A stretch of 64,000 nt of DNA from Bacteroidales bacterium (GTDB lineage Bacteria > Bacteroidota > Bacteroidia > Bacteroidales > VadinHA17), in NCBI GenBank assembly GCA_036261265.1, contig DATALC010000096.1, positions 2,590 through 66,589 of the forward strand, given 5' to 3'. This document shows, piece after piece, positions 46,879 through 55,913 of the stretch (positions within the stretch are counted from its first letter, which is position 1; every line of letters starts with the position of its first letter). Below the pieces are notes generated by a model. That model searched no databases, was not told the DNA's origin, and saw only the letters and a program-made list of their open reading frames with translations. The position numbers and the translations under genes were made by a program.

Positions 46879-48282
46879 ATGTCAGGAAAGTCGTTTGCAG
46901 CTGCTTTCTTGTTGATTGCATTAAACCTTGATGCACAACAGTATCAGCCTTCATGGGAATCGCTCGATAAACGCCCCGTACCTTCGTGGTTCGAAGATTC
47001 AAAATTCGGTATATTCATTCACTGGGGCCTTTATTCGGTTCCGGCATGGGGGCCAACAGGAGATAGTATCGGAGTATATGATAAATACTCCGAATGGTAC
47101 TGGAACAAGCTAATGAATAAAGAAAGCAAGGTCAATAAGAACTTCAGGGATTTCCATATTGCAACATACGGCCCGAATTTTAAATACCAGGATTTTGCAT
47201 CATTGTTTAAGGCTGAGCTGTTCAAACCTGAACAATGGGCGAAATTATTCAATGAATCAGGTGCAAAATATGTAGTGCTTACAAGTAAGCACCACGAAGG
47301 CTTCACTCTATGGCCAAGCGCTCAGAGCTGGAACTGGAACAGTGTTGATGCAGGCCCTCACCGGGATCTCTGCGGCGATCTTACAGCCGCTGTTAAGAAA
47401 GAAGGACTTCACATGGGATTCTACTATTCCCTCTATGAATGGTATAACCCGGTTTACAAATCTGATCCTTCGACATACGTGAATGAACACATGATCCCCC
47501 AAATGAAGGACCTTGTAACACGTTATACTCCTGATATTCTCTGGACTGATGGAGAATGGGATAAACCAAGCCGTGAGTGGAAGAGCGAAGAGTTTCTTGC
47601 TTGGCTTTTTAATGAGTCTCCTGTAAAAACAAATATTGTGGTTAACGATCGCTGGGGTAGCGAAACAAGGAGCAAACATGGCGGAGTCTTTACAACCGAA
47701 TACGGTCTGGTGGGAGAAAACGAAGGAATAACTAATTCAATTCCGCACCCATGGGAAGAATGCAGGGGAATAGGTACCTCATTCGGCTTTAACAGGACAG
47801 AAGGTTTATCAGATTATTCTACTGCAGAAGAGCTTATAAGATTGCTTGTTTCGACAGTTTCGGCAGGTGGAAATCTTCTTCTTGATATCGGACCTGCACC
47901 GGATGGAACCATCCCGGTGATAATGCAGCAAAGGCTGACAGAGATTGGGCGTTGGCTGAAAGTTAATGGGGAGGCTATCTACGGAACAAGGGCCTACATA
48001 AAAAAGAAGTCTGATGAAAGTATCAATGCCCGCACAAACAAATCAATATTCTTCACCCAAAAAGGCGCAATTTTGTATTTGATTTGTACAGAGTGGCCAT
48101 CCGAGCCTGTTATTCTGAGTGTAGCTCCAGTTAAAGGTTCTGTTTCAGCAGAATTACTTGGCGAAGAAAAACCTGTCAGAGTCAGTTTTGCGGGGAATCA
48201 TTTGTCGTTGACAGCGCCTGTGCTTACACCAGATGATTATCAGCCTGCATACGTATTCAAAATTAAAGGCCTTCTCAAGTAA
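46879..48282 (+). CDS. GH29 alpha-L-fucosidase (second copy), secreted
   Basis: KFGIFIHWGLYSVPAW, KHHEGFTLWPS, GGNLLLDIGP. Confidence 0.88.
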   Translation: MSGKSFAAAFLLIALNLDAQQYQPSWESLDKRPVPSWFEDSKFGIFIHWGLYSVPAWGPTGDSIGVYDKYSEWYWNKLMNKESKVNKNFRDFHIATYGPNFKYQDFASLFKAELFKPEQWAKLFNESGAKYVVLTSKHHEGFTLWPSAQSWNWNSVDAGPHRDLCGDLTAAVKKEGLHMGFYYSLYEWYNPVYKSDPSTYVNEHMIPQMKDLVTRYTPDILWTDGEWDKPSREWKSEEFLAWLFNESPVKTNIVVNDRWGSETRSKHGGVFTTEYGLVGENEGITNSIPHPWEECRGIGTSFGFNRTEGLSDYSTAEELIRLLVSTVSAGGNLLLDIGPAPDGTIPVIMQQRLTEIGRWLKVNGEAIYGTRAYIKKKSDESINARTNKSIFFTQKGAILYLICTEWPSEPVILSVAPVKGSVSAELLGEEKPVRVSFAGNHLSLTAPVLTPDDYQPAYVFKIKGLLK

Positions 48283-48966
48283 ATGATCTCATTTAAATCA
48301 ATTTTTGTAATCTCTGTCGGCTTAATATTCTCCGGATACTGTTGTAAGTGCGCACCGTTTTCAGTTGATCAGGATACTCTTAAGGAAAGGCAGATACTTT
48401 ACAATGGCCGAATATGGAGAAATCTTCATGCAAATGTCAGGGGCACCCAGTTTCTTTTTTCTCCTGATTTTCTGCAGGGAACTATAAGAATGAACGGAAG
48501 GGTGTTCGTGAATGTCCCGCTGAAATATGATGCTTTTGAGGATCAGCTTATTACTCAGACAACGCACGGGTCTCTTCTTAAGTTTAATAAGGAGATGGCA
48601 GACAGCTTTTCTTTAAAGTATGATGAAAAGGATTATTCATTTGTACGTTCAGACAGCACACAGGGTTTTAGTGGTTATGTTAATGTTTTGTATAATGGAA
48701 AAAGCACATTCATTGTTAAATACCAGAAGAAGATTGATCTTCTTGCAGTCGACAACATGTATGATGAGTTCTACCTTGTAAGAAAATTGTTTCTTGTAAA
48801 GGACAATTCAGCCTATCAGTTTTTCGGCAGGCGTGAATTTTTCAAGCTTCTTGGAAACCATAAAAAAGAAGTCAGGAATTTCAGAAGATCGAATGGAATA
48901 AAACCCTCAAAGAATGTACCTGAAAGTTTTATTCCTCTGATCAGTTACTTTGATAGCATACGGTGA
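48283..48966 (+). CDS. Secreted hypothetical protein (227 aa), no family recognised
   Basis: N-terminal hydrophobic signal. The ATG immediately follows the fucosidase TAA. Coding periodicity and tight coupling support that it is expressed. Confidence 0.5.
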   Translation: MISFKSIFVISVGLIFSGYCCKCAPFSVDQDTLKERQILYNGRIWRNLHANVRGTQFLFSPDFLQGTIRMNGRVFVNVPLKYDAFEDQLITQTTHGSLLKFNKEMADSFSLKYDEKDYSFVRSDSTQGFSGYVNVLYNGKSTFIVKYQKKIDLLAVDNMYDEFYLVRKLFLVKDNSAYQFFGRREFFKLLGNHKKEVRNFRRSNGIKPSKNVPESFIPLISYFDSIR

Positions 48967-51701
48967 AAATGAAGAACCGGATTTTGCATCTGTTTATATT
49001 TCTGATCATCAGCCCGGCACTATACTGTCAGCAGAATTATGATGTGCACTGGGATTACAGGAATCAGAGTTTTAAGGAGTTTGTATTGTCTTCAGAAAAA
49101 AACCTTAATCTTAGATTCTTTTACAGAGACGAATGGGTTGATAACCTGAAACTTCAGGACGTTGAAGGGACGACAGATCTCCGATCCATTCTCGATAAGC
49201 TCTTTCATGATAAGCTTCTTTATTATTACATTGATGAAACAGGGAATGTCGTCATTACAAAAAATTTCAGGGTAAAGACAACAGACATCCGGAAAGATGA
49301 ATCTGAGAACTTCATTCCTCCTTCAGAATATTCTTCAGATGATGAAAAGGATACAAGGAATGAGAGCACTTCAGTGACGATCGGAAATCCTGCCGACAGG
49401 GGAAAGCCAGGCAAAGCCACAGTTTCAGGATATATAACAAACAAGGATACAAAAGAACCAATTCCCGGCGTAACTGTTTTTGTACAGGAACTTTCAGCAG
49501 GCGCTGTTACAAATGCTTTCGGTTATTACACGCTTGAACTGCCAAGGGGTTTTCATCAGCTTCAGTTTTCATTTATAGGCCTGCGTCCCAAAAGAATAAA
49601 TCTTAATCTAAACGGAACCGGTGAACTGAATGTTGATATGATCAGTGTAATGATCCCTTTGAAGGAGACAGTTATTTCGGCACAGAAAAGCGTAACATTA
49701 CAACGTTTTGAAGTAGGAGCTGAAAAAATCAATATAACGACTTTTAAACTTCTTCCCACAGCAATGGGAGAATCAGATATTATTAAAAGCATGTTACTTA
49801 TTCCGGGCGTTCAATCCATTGGAGAGGGGTCGGCAGGTTTTAATGTCAGGGGTGGTTCGGCCGATCAGAATCTTGTATTGTTATATGGTGCGCCCGTGTA
49901 TAATACATCTCATTTTTTCGGCTTCTTTTCTGCCGTTAATTCAGACATAATAAAAGATGTTACATTGTATAAAGGAGGGATACCCTCAAGATATGGTGGC
50001 CGGCTCTCATCTGTTCTCGACATCACAGCCCGCGATGGCGACAGAAGCGAATTCAGGGGCAATGCAGGAATAAGCCCGGTCACAACTCATCTTATGCTTG
50101 AGGGACCAATAAAAAAAGATACTCTTTATTATGTACTGTCAGGAAGGACAACGTATTCAAACTGGCTATTCAGCCTTTTTGATAATCCATCATTGAAAAG
50201 AAGCAGAGCATCATTCTATGACCTCAACGGAAGATTAACATGGGAGGCTGACAAGAACAACAAAATTGATGTTTCAGGGTATTACAGCAATGATGCATTC
50301 CGGTTCAACTCCGATACAACGTATGGTTATGAAAACAGCATTGTTTCAGCACGATGGAGGCATTTCTTTCATAGCAGATTTTTTTCGACGATTTCAGCAA
50401 ATAACAGCGGGTACAGGTACAATATTTCAAGCGACAGTCCTGTTACTGAAGGTTTCGACCTGGCACACAAGCTTAACAGCACTGCCTTTAAAGCTGATTT
50501 CAACCTTTTCCAGGGCAGGCATGAATTCAATTTTGGCATTGAGGGTACAGCTTATATTGTCCATCCCGGAACACGATCGCCATTGGGTGACTCCTCACTT
50601 ATAATTCGTAAGGATATCAGGAGGGAAAGGGCGCTTGAGACTGCTCTTTATATCGATGATAAATATTCATTGACACAGAACATTTCGGTGAATGCCGGCC
50701 TGAGATTCTCTTCTTTTTTCGTTTTTGGACCAGGTTCTGTGCTAATTTATGACCCCGAGTACTCAAAAAGCAGCTCGACTGTTACAGATACAGTTTTTTA
50801 CCGGTCACATACACCATATAAAACTTATGCAGGACCAGAATTGAGGATGTCGGTTAATTTCAGGATTGATGAGAAGAGCTCGTTGAAGGTAAATTATAAT
50901 CATACGATGCAATACCTTCACCTTCTTTCAAATACAACTTCAATCTCACCAACTGACACATGGAAGATAAGTGACAGCTACATTAAGCCACAAACAGCTG
51001 ACCAGTTTGCCGTTGGTTATTACAGGATGCTCTCAGGAACAAGCATGGAAGTCTCGGCTGAAGTCTATTATAAGACTATAAAAAACATGGCTGACTTCAA
51101 AGGCGGTTCGAAGCTTGTTATGAATGAAAACATTGGTGAGGACCTTGTAAATGTGAATGGAAGATCATACGGAGGCGAATTCATGATAAAGAGAACTGAG
51201 GGCAAGGTGCGGGGCAGCATAAGCTATACATATTCAAGAACCTTTGTCAGAAGTACCGGCGTTTATACCGATGAAATTATTAATGGAGGTAAATGGTTCC
51301 CTGCCAATTTCGATAAGCCTAATGACCTGATAATATCTCTTAATTACCTTTTATCCCGCAGGTTCAGCATGTCGGGAAATTATACATGGAGCACAGGCCG
51401 GCCAATCACTTATCCCGTTGCTGCCTATTATTATAATGATATGCTGATGATCCATTATTCCGACAGGAATAAGTACAGGCTTCCCGACTATTCAAGGCTT
51501 GATTTTTCATTCAGGGTAAGCGGAAATCTCAAAGCAAAAAAGATTGCTAACCCGTACTGGACATTTTCTGTATACAATCTGCTTGGACGCAAAAATGTTT
51601 ATTCAATCTATTTCAAAAATGAAAAGGACCAGGTAAAGGGGTATAAACTATCTGTATTCGGGCAGGCAATTCCAACAGTAACATTCAGTTTTGATTTCTG
51701 A
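48963..51701 (+). CDS. TonB-dependent receptor with N-terminal STN domain, carboxypeptidase-regulatory-like domain, Plug and beta-barrel
   Basis: STN-like block: FKEFV......NL.F.Y......L........L..IL..L......YY....GNVVI. CarboxypepD_reg: VSGYITNK.T.EPIPGVTV.V. Plug: GESDIIKS..LIPGV....G..GFNVRGG..DQN..L.G.PVY. Terminal ..FSFDF. The start is the GTG at 48963 or the ATG at 48969. Confidence 0.85.
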   Translation: MKMKNRILHLFIFLIISPALYCQQNYDVHWDYRNQSFKEFVLSSEKNLNLRFFYRDEWVDNLKLQDVEGTTDLRSILDKLFHDKLLYYYIDETGNVVITKNFRVKTTDIRKDESENFIPPSEYSSDDEKDTRNESTSVTIGNPADRGKPGKATVSGYITNKDTKEPIPGVTVFVQELSAGAVTNAFGYYTLELPRGFHQLQFSFIGLRPKRINLNLNGTGELNVDMISVMIPLKETVISAQKSVTLQRFEVGAEKINITTFKLLPTAMGESDIIKSMLLIPGVQSIGEGSAGFNVRGGSADQNLVLLYGAPVYNTSHFFGFFSAVNSDIIKDVTLYKGGIPSRYGGRLSSVLDITARDGDRSEFRGNAGISPVTTHLMLEGPIKKDTLYYVLSGRTTYSNWLFSLFDNPSLKRSRASFYDLNGRLTWEADKNNKIDVSGYYSNDAFRFNSDTTYGYENSIVSARWRHFFHSRFFSTISANNSGYRYNISSDSPVTEGFDLAHKLNSTAFKADFNLFQGRHEFNFGIEGTAYIVHPGTRSPLGDSSLIIRKDIRRERALETALYIDDKYSLTQNISVNAGLRFSSFFVFGPGSVLIYDPEYSKSSSTVTDTVFYRSHTPYKTYAGPELRMSVNFRIDEKSSLKVNYNHTMQYLHLLSNTTSISPTDTWKISDSYIKPQTADQFAVGYYRMLSGTSMEVSAEVYYKTIKNMADFKGGSKLVMNENIGEDLVNVNGRSYGGEFMIKRTEGKVRGSISYTYSRTFVRSTGVYTDEIINGGKWFPANFDKPNDLIISLNYLLSRRFSMSGNYTWSTGRPITYPVAAYYYNDMLMIHYSDRNKYRLPDYSRLDFSFRVSGNLKAKKIANPYWTFSVYNLLGRKNVYSIYFKNEKDQVKGYKLSVFGQAIPTVTFSFDF

Positions 51702-51704
51702 AAC

Positions 51705-52829
51705 ATGCAACGAAGTAAAAATATACTTATATTCATTCTGATCCTCTCCCTGTCAGGCTGCATAACCCAGTTTATACCAGAAACAGATGAAGGCAGGGAA
51801 ATGATTGTTGTGGAAGGGTTGGTGACTGATCATGATTCGAGCACTGTTAAGCTTTCAAAATCATTTCCTCTTGGCGAAAAAAGGAATGCTGTACCTCTGT
51901 CAGGTTGTTCGGTGTGGATAACAGACGATATGCAGAGGAAGTTCGACCTTACCGAAACGCAGTCCGGAATATACATAATGTATTGCAGGGGAGAAGTAGG
52001 CCGTAAATACACACTTCATATAAATACAAATAATTCATATACAAAAAGATATACATTCAGCTCATATCCTGTCGAAATGCTGCCTGTTCCGCCTGTGGAT
52101 ACAATCTATTATGAGAAAGTGCCTGTTACATCTCCGGCGCCTTTTAATACTGTTTCTGATCAATGTCAGATCTATATCGATGCGCATGATCCTGATAATC
52201 TCTGTAAATTCTACAGGTGGGATTACACAGAAACATGGGAAATCAGGATCCCTTTTTCAAAGGCGCTAAATTCTGTATGCTGGGTGACCGACAAATCTTC
52301 TGAGATCAATGTAAAAAGCACTGATGGAATGTCGGAGTCTGTTATAAGTCAATACCCTTTACACTACATTACGAACGAGACCGACAGGCTTAAAGTTAAA
52401 TACAGTATTCTTGTGAATCAGTATTCGCTTCCTCAGGAGGAATTCTCATACTGGGAAAAGCTGAAAGCTGTTACACAGAATGTCGGCAGCCTGTATGATG
52501 TTACACCCGCTGCTATCCCGAACAATATCTATTGTGTCGAAAATCCTGATGAAAAGGTACTTGGATATTTCAGCGTTTCGGCGAAAACTTCAAAACGGTT
52601 CTTTATTAGGGATTTCTTCATGAGGCAGCCAAATTTGTATAAAGACTGTATTCACGATACAATTTTTGGCAATTATCCTGTAATCCCCTACCTGAACACT
52701 TCTGTATGGATACTTGAGTATGAGTATGGTCCAAGCGCTAATCCTCCCTATACAGCTGTTACTTACACTCAGGGCTGCGCCGATTGCACTGTAAGAGGAA
52801 CTAATATTAAGCCATTGTTCTGGAAATGA
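51705..52829 (+). CDS. DUF4249 family lipoprotein
   Basis: Lipobox LSGC, then ..MIVVEGLVTD....V.LS.S and C.V.I.D.....L.E...G.Y. It is in the usual position directly after a CarboxypepD_reg TonB-dependent receptor. Confidence 0.68.
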   Translation: MQRSKNILIFILILSLSGCITQFIPETDEGREMIVVEGLVTDHDSSTVKLSKSFPLGEKRNAVPLSGCSVWITDDMQRKFDLTETQSGIYIMYCRGEVGRKYTLHINTNNSYTKRYTFSSYPVEMLPVPPVDTIYYEKVPVTSPAPFNTVSDQCQIYIDAHDPDNLCKFYRWDYTETWEIRIPFSKALNSVCWVTDKSSEINVKSTDGMSESVISQYPLHYITNETDRLKVKYSILVNQYSLPQEEFSYWEKLKAVTQNVGSLYDVTPAAIPNNIYCVENPDEKVLGYFSVSAKTSKRFFIRDFFMRQPNLYKDCIHDTIFGNYPVIPYLNTSVWILEYEYGPSANPPYTAVTYTQGCADCTVRGTNIKPLFWK

Positions 52830-54922
52830 TAAAAGTAAAATGTCATAAGATTTTATTTATTGTTATTTTTTTAACAACAGCACAGATCTTGGTTTCAGGT
52901 CAGGCAAGATTCATTGGGAAGGATTTTATTTCATACTGTTCCTCATTTCCCTGGGAAGATGTGTTTATTCAGACAGACAGGGAAAAATATATTGCTGGTG
53001 AAAATATATGGTTCGGAGCCTATGTTTTTGACAGGCAAAAAATGAAACCTTCAATTCTCAGCAGTATAGTATATGTCGAACTGCTGAATTACGACAACCG
53101 GCCGGTACTGCAAAGGAGAGTGTTCATCAGAGACGGGTTTGGTTCGGGGCAATTTTCACTTCCCGACACATTAAGCTCAGGCAGCTATAACATAAGGGCA
53201 TACACTGCCTGGATGAAGAATTATATGCCCGGAGGTTGCTTTTCAAAGGATATATCAATATATAATGCAGTAAACATAAATTCGTCATTTAAGAAGCCAG
53301 TAAAACACGATGTGGTTTCTGATCCAATCATTTTAAAAAATCAGGGTCTGGAATTAAAAACGACAGAACGTGGAAATGCAAGCATAGAGCTGAAGTTTAT
53401 TGCATCTGGAGAGTATAGGGAAGCCAATGGAGATGTATGTAATCTTTTTATTCATACCAGGGGAAATATCAATATATCAGAAACAGTATCGCTTTCGGGT
53501 GAGGTAACAACACGAATTATTAACAAGAAGATGCTGTTGCCGGGAATAAACAGTATTGATGTTTTTGATGCTCATGGAAGACATATAACCGAGAAATTAG
53601 TATTTACCCCATCTCCTGACAGGCCGGCAATTATCCGGGGCATTAATTCAGAATTTGTAAAAAGACAAAACATTTCTGTTGATCTCGATGTCTCTGATAA
53701 CCGGAAATATGAAAATTTAAGTGTCAGCATTACGCCTTTTACAGGAGAAAACAACCTGAATCTTGAGAATTTCCTTGTTTTCGGGAATGAGTTCGGCCCT
53801 GATATCCTGAAGGTTTTTGCAGGAAAGGATCTTTCCAAGCTTTCACCCGGTGCGATTGACAGTATGCTTACAGGCGTAAAAAGCAACTGGATAAACTGGG
53901 ATATGGTTTCCGGAAGAAGCGTATTCACAATCAAGTATCTGCCGGAAATATCCGAGCATTTCATTTCAGGGAAACTTGTCAATGCCCCTGGCAGGGGAAA
54001 TTATGTCCTGATGTCGATCCCTGGTAAGGATGCATCATTTCAGTATGCAGTCACAAATAATAATAATGAATTCTCATTCGGCATACCAATAGATGATTCA
54101 TTAAAAGAAATTATAATTCAGCCCGATGATGAAGGCATAATAAATCTAAACTCGGGCTTTTCAGAAGAGTATTCATCGTCGGGCTCAATTCAGGATACAA
54201 GCTCAGTACCCCGTTATATCTGGGATTGGAGCTCTAACTTACAGGTACAGAAAATTTATGGAGTTGTTTGTGCTGAAAATTCAGGATCTCAGTATGACGT
54301 ATCGAAACAATTGAGGTTCTATGGTAAACCTGATATTGAACTCATTCTGGCTGATTATATTAAGCTTCCTGTGATGGAGGAAGTATTCTTTGAATTACTT
54401 CCCGGGACATTTCTGAAAAAAAGAAAAACAGGATATGAGATATATGTTATTGATCCTGTAACGAGGTTGCCTTATGATTACCCGACTTCGTTATTTATTG
54501 ATGGCATCAGGATTGATGATGCCGGTCAGATTGCTGAAATTGATCCGGAAACTGTAGAACGGATAGATGTTGTAAAGGAGAGATATTTTATCGGGGACTA
54601 CCTCTTTCACGGTATTGTAAATGTTATCACTAAAAAAGGAGATTTCAGCGCTGCCGCCCTGCCTGCAAATGCTGTCAGAACATATTACAGGGTGATTGAT
54701 CCAGTTCTGCATTTCATATCGCCTGAATACGGTGATGCAGGAAAGGAAGCAAGCAGGATACCTGATTTCAGAAACACACTTTTATGGATGCCATCTCTGA
54801 AAAACAAATCTTCATTCGATTTCTGGTCATCAGATGTACAGGGTAATTACATAATAAAGATAAATGGAATAGCTTCAGACGGTTCGCCTGTCTCGGATGA
54901 AAAGCTAATCATGATTAAGTAA
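52826..54922 (+). CDS. Secreted protein with MG2-like (alpha-2-macroglobulin-type) N-terminal domain and C-terminal Plug-like domain, no barrel
   Basis: FIQTDREKYIAGENIWFGAYVFD...Y.VELL......V.......G.G.G.F.LP..L.SG.Y..RAYT is MG2-like. LFIDGIRIDD...I..IDPE.VERIDVVK......Y.F.GIVNVITKKG is Plug-like. ATGA overlap with the DUF4249 gene. Confidence 0.5.
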   Translation: MIKVKCHKILFIVIFLTTAQILVSGQARFIGKDFISYCSSFPWEDVFIQTDREKYIAGENIWFGAYVFDRQKMKPSILSSIVYVELLNYDNRPVLQRRVFIRDGFGSGQFSLPDTLSSGSYNIRAYTAWMKNYMPGGCFSKDISIYNAVNINSSFKKPVKHDVVSDPIILKNQGLELKTTERGNASIELKFIASGEYREANGDVCNLFIHTRGNINISETVSLSGEVTTRIINKKMLLPGINSIDVFDAHGRHITEKLVFTPSPDRPAIIRGINSEFVKRQNISVDLDVSDNRKYENLSVSITPFTGENNLNLENFLVFGNEFGPDILKVFAGKDLSKLSPGAIDSMLTGVKSNWINWDMVSGRSVFTIKYLPEISEHFISGKLVNAPGRGNYVLMSIPGKDASFQYAVTNNNNEFSFGIPIDDSLKEIIIQPDDEGIINLNSGFSEEYSSSGSIQDTSSVPRYIWDWSSNLQVQKIYGVVCAENSGSQYDVSKQLRFYGKPDIELILADYIKLPVMEEVFFELLPGTFLKKRKTGYEIYVIDPVTRLPYDYPTSLFIDGIRIDDAGQIAEIDPETVERIDVVKERYFIGDYLFHGIVNVITKKGDFSAAALPANAVRTYYRVIDPVLHFISPEYGDAGKEASRIPDFRNTLLWMPSLKNKSSFDFWSSDVQGNYIIKINGIASDGSPVSDEKLIMIK

Positions 54923-54945
54923 TTCTCTTTCTCACTGATACTCTT

Positions 54946-55893
54946 ATGAAACAAAATCGCCGGGATTTCATTTCAACACTCGCGCTTGGTACGATTTCTT
55001 CATTTTCGTACACGCCAGAATTTGATGTATCTAACCAGGGTTCAGGTTTTCCAATAAGGTTGTTTTCAAAACCACTTGACATATACGATTTCGAGTTCAT
55101 GTGCGATGTAATAAAAGGTTGCGGCATAGGAGGACTTGACATGACTGTCAGACCCGGGGGGAGGATTGAACCCTCAAAAGTGGAATCTGATCTGCCTTTA
55201 TTTGCTGAAAGAGCCAAAAAATTCAACCTGGTTACAGATATGATCGTTACGGGAATACTGTCGGCTTCAGACCAGTTCACAGAGAGAATTCTGAAAACCG
55301 CATCATCATGTGGCGTTAAGTTTTACAGGTATGGATGGGCAGACTACGATTTTAAATCAGGCATTTCTAAATCATTGGTAAGATTTGCAGATGAAATGAA
55401 ACTCCTCGGTGAATTGAACAGGCAATTCAGGATTGCAGGAAGCTACCAGAACCATGCCGGCGCCAGAATAGGAGGACCAGTATGGGATCTGTATGATGTT
55501 TTCAGCAACCTTCAGCCTGAATTCTCCGGAATTCAGTATGATGTTCGTCATGCGATGGTTGAGGGCGCCAATACATGGATGCTCGGAATGAGAAGAGTTG
55601 CAGAGAGCATTAACACACTTGCCCTTAAAGATTTTACATGGCAGACAGTTAATGGCAAACCTGAAGCTGTAACAGTTCCGATGGGTGAAGGTATTGTGAA
55701 CTGGGACCTGTATTTTTCATTGGTTAAGGAGCTGAAAATAGTTGCTCCGATTACAATTCATGTCGAATATCCCCTGCTTAAAGCAGGAGAGGAGAAACTC
55801 TCTCTTTCACAACAGGGAGTGATAATAACAGATAAGATAAAGAAGGACACTGATTTTATTAAAACTTATCTTTCTAAATACAATCTTGCTTAG
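54946..55893 (+). CDS. Xylose-isomerase-like TIM-barrel protein (sugar phosphate isomerase/epimerase family) with twin-arginine signal
   Basis: NRRDFISTLALGT is a Tat signal. The AP-endonuclease-2/TIM pattern includes ..QNHAG.. and the ..HVEY.. metal-ligand region. Confidence 0.78.
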   Translation: MKQNRRDFISTLALGTISSFSYTPEFDVSNQGSGFPIRLFSKPLDIYDFEFMCDVIKGCGIGGLDMTVRPGGRIEPSKVESDLPLFAERAKKFNLVTDMIVTGILSASDQFTERILKTASSCGVKFYRYGWADYDFKSGISKSLVRFADEMKLLGELNRQFRIAGSYQNHAGARIGGPVWDLYDVFSNLQPEFSGIQYDVRHAMVEGANTWMLGMRRVAESINTLALKDFTWQTVNGKPEAVTVPMGEGIVNWDLYFSLVKELKIVAPITIHVEYPLLKAGEEKLSLSQQGVIITDKIKKDTDFIKTYLSKYNLA

Positions 55894-55913
55894 AGGGTTT
55901 ATTAAAGGATAAG

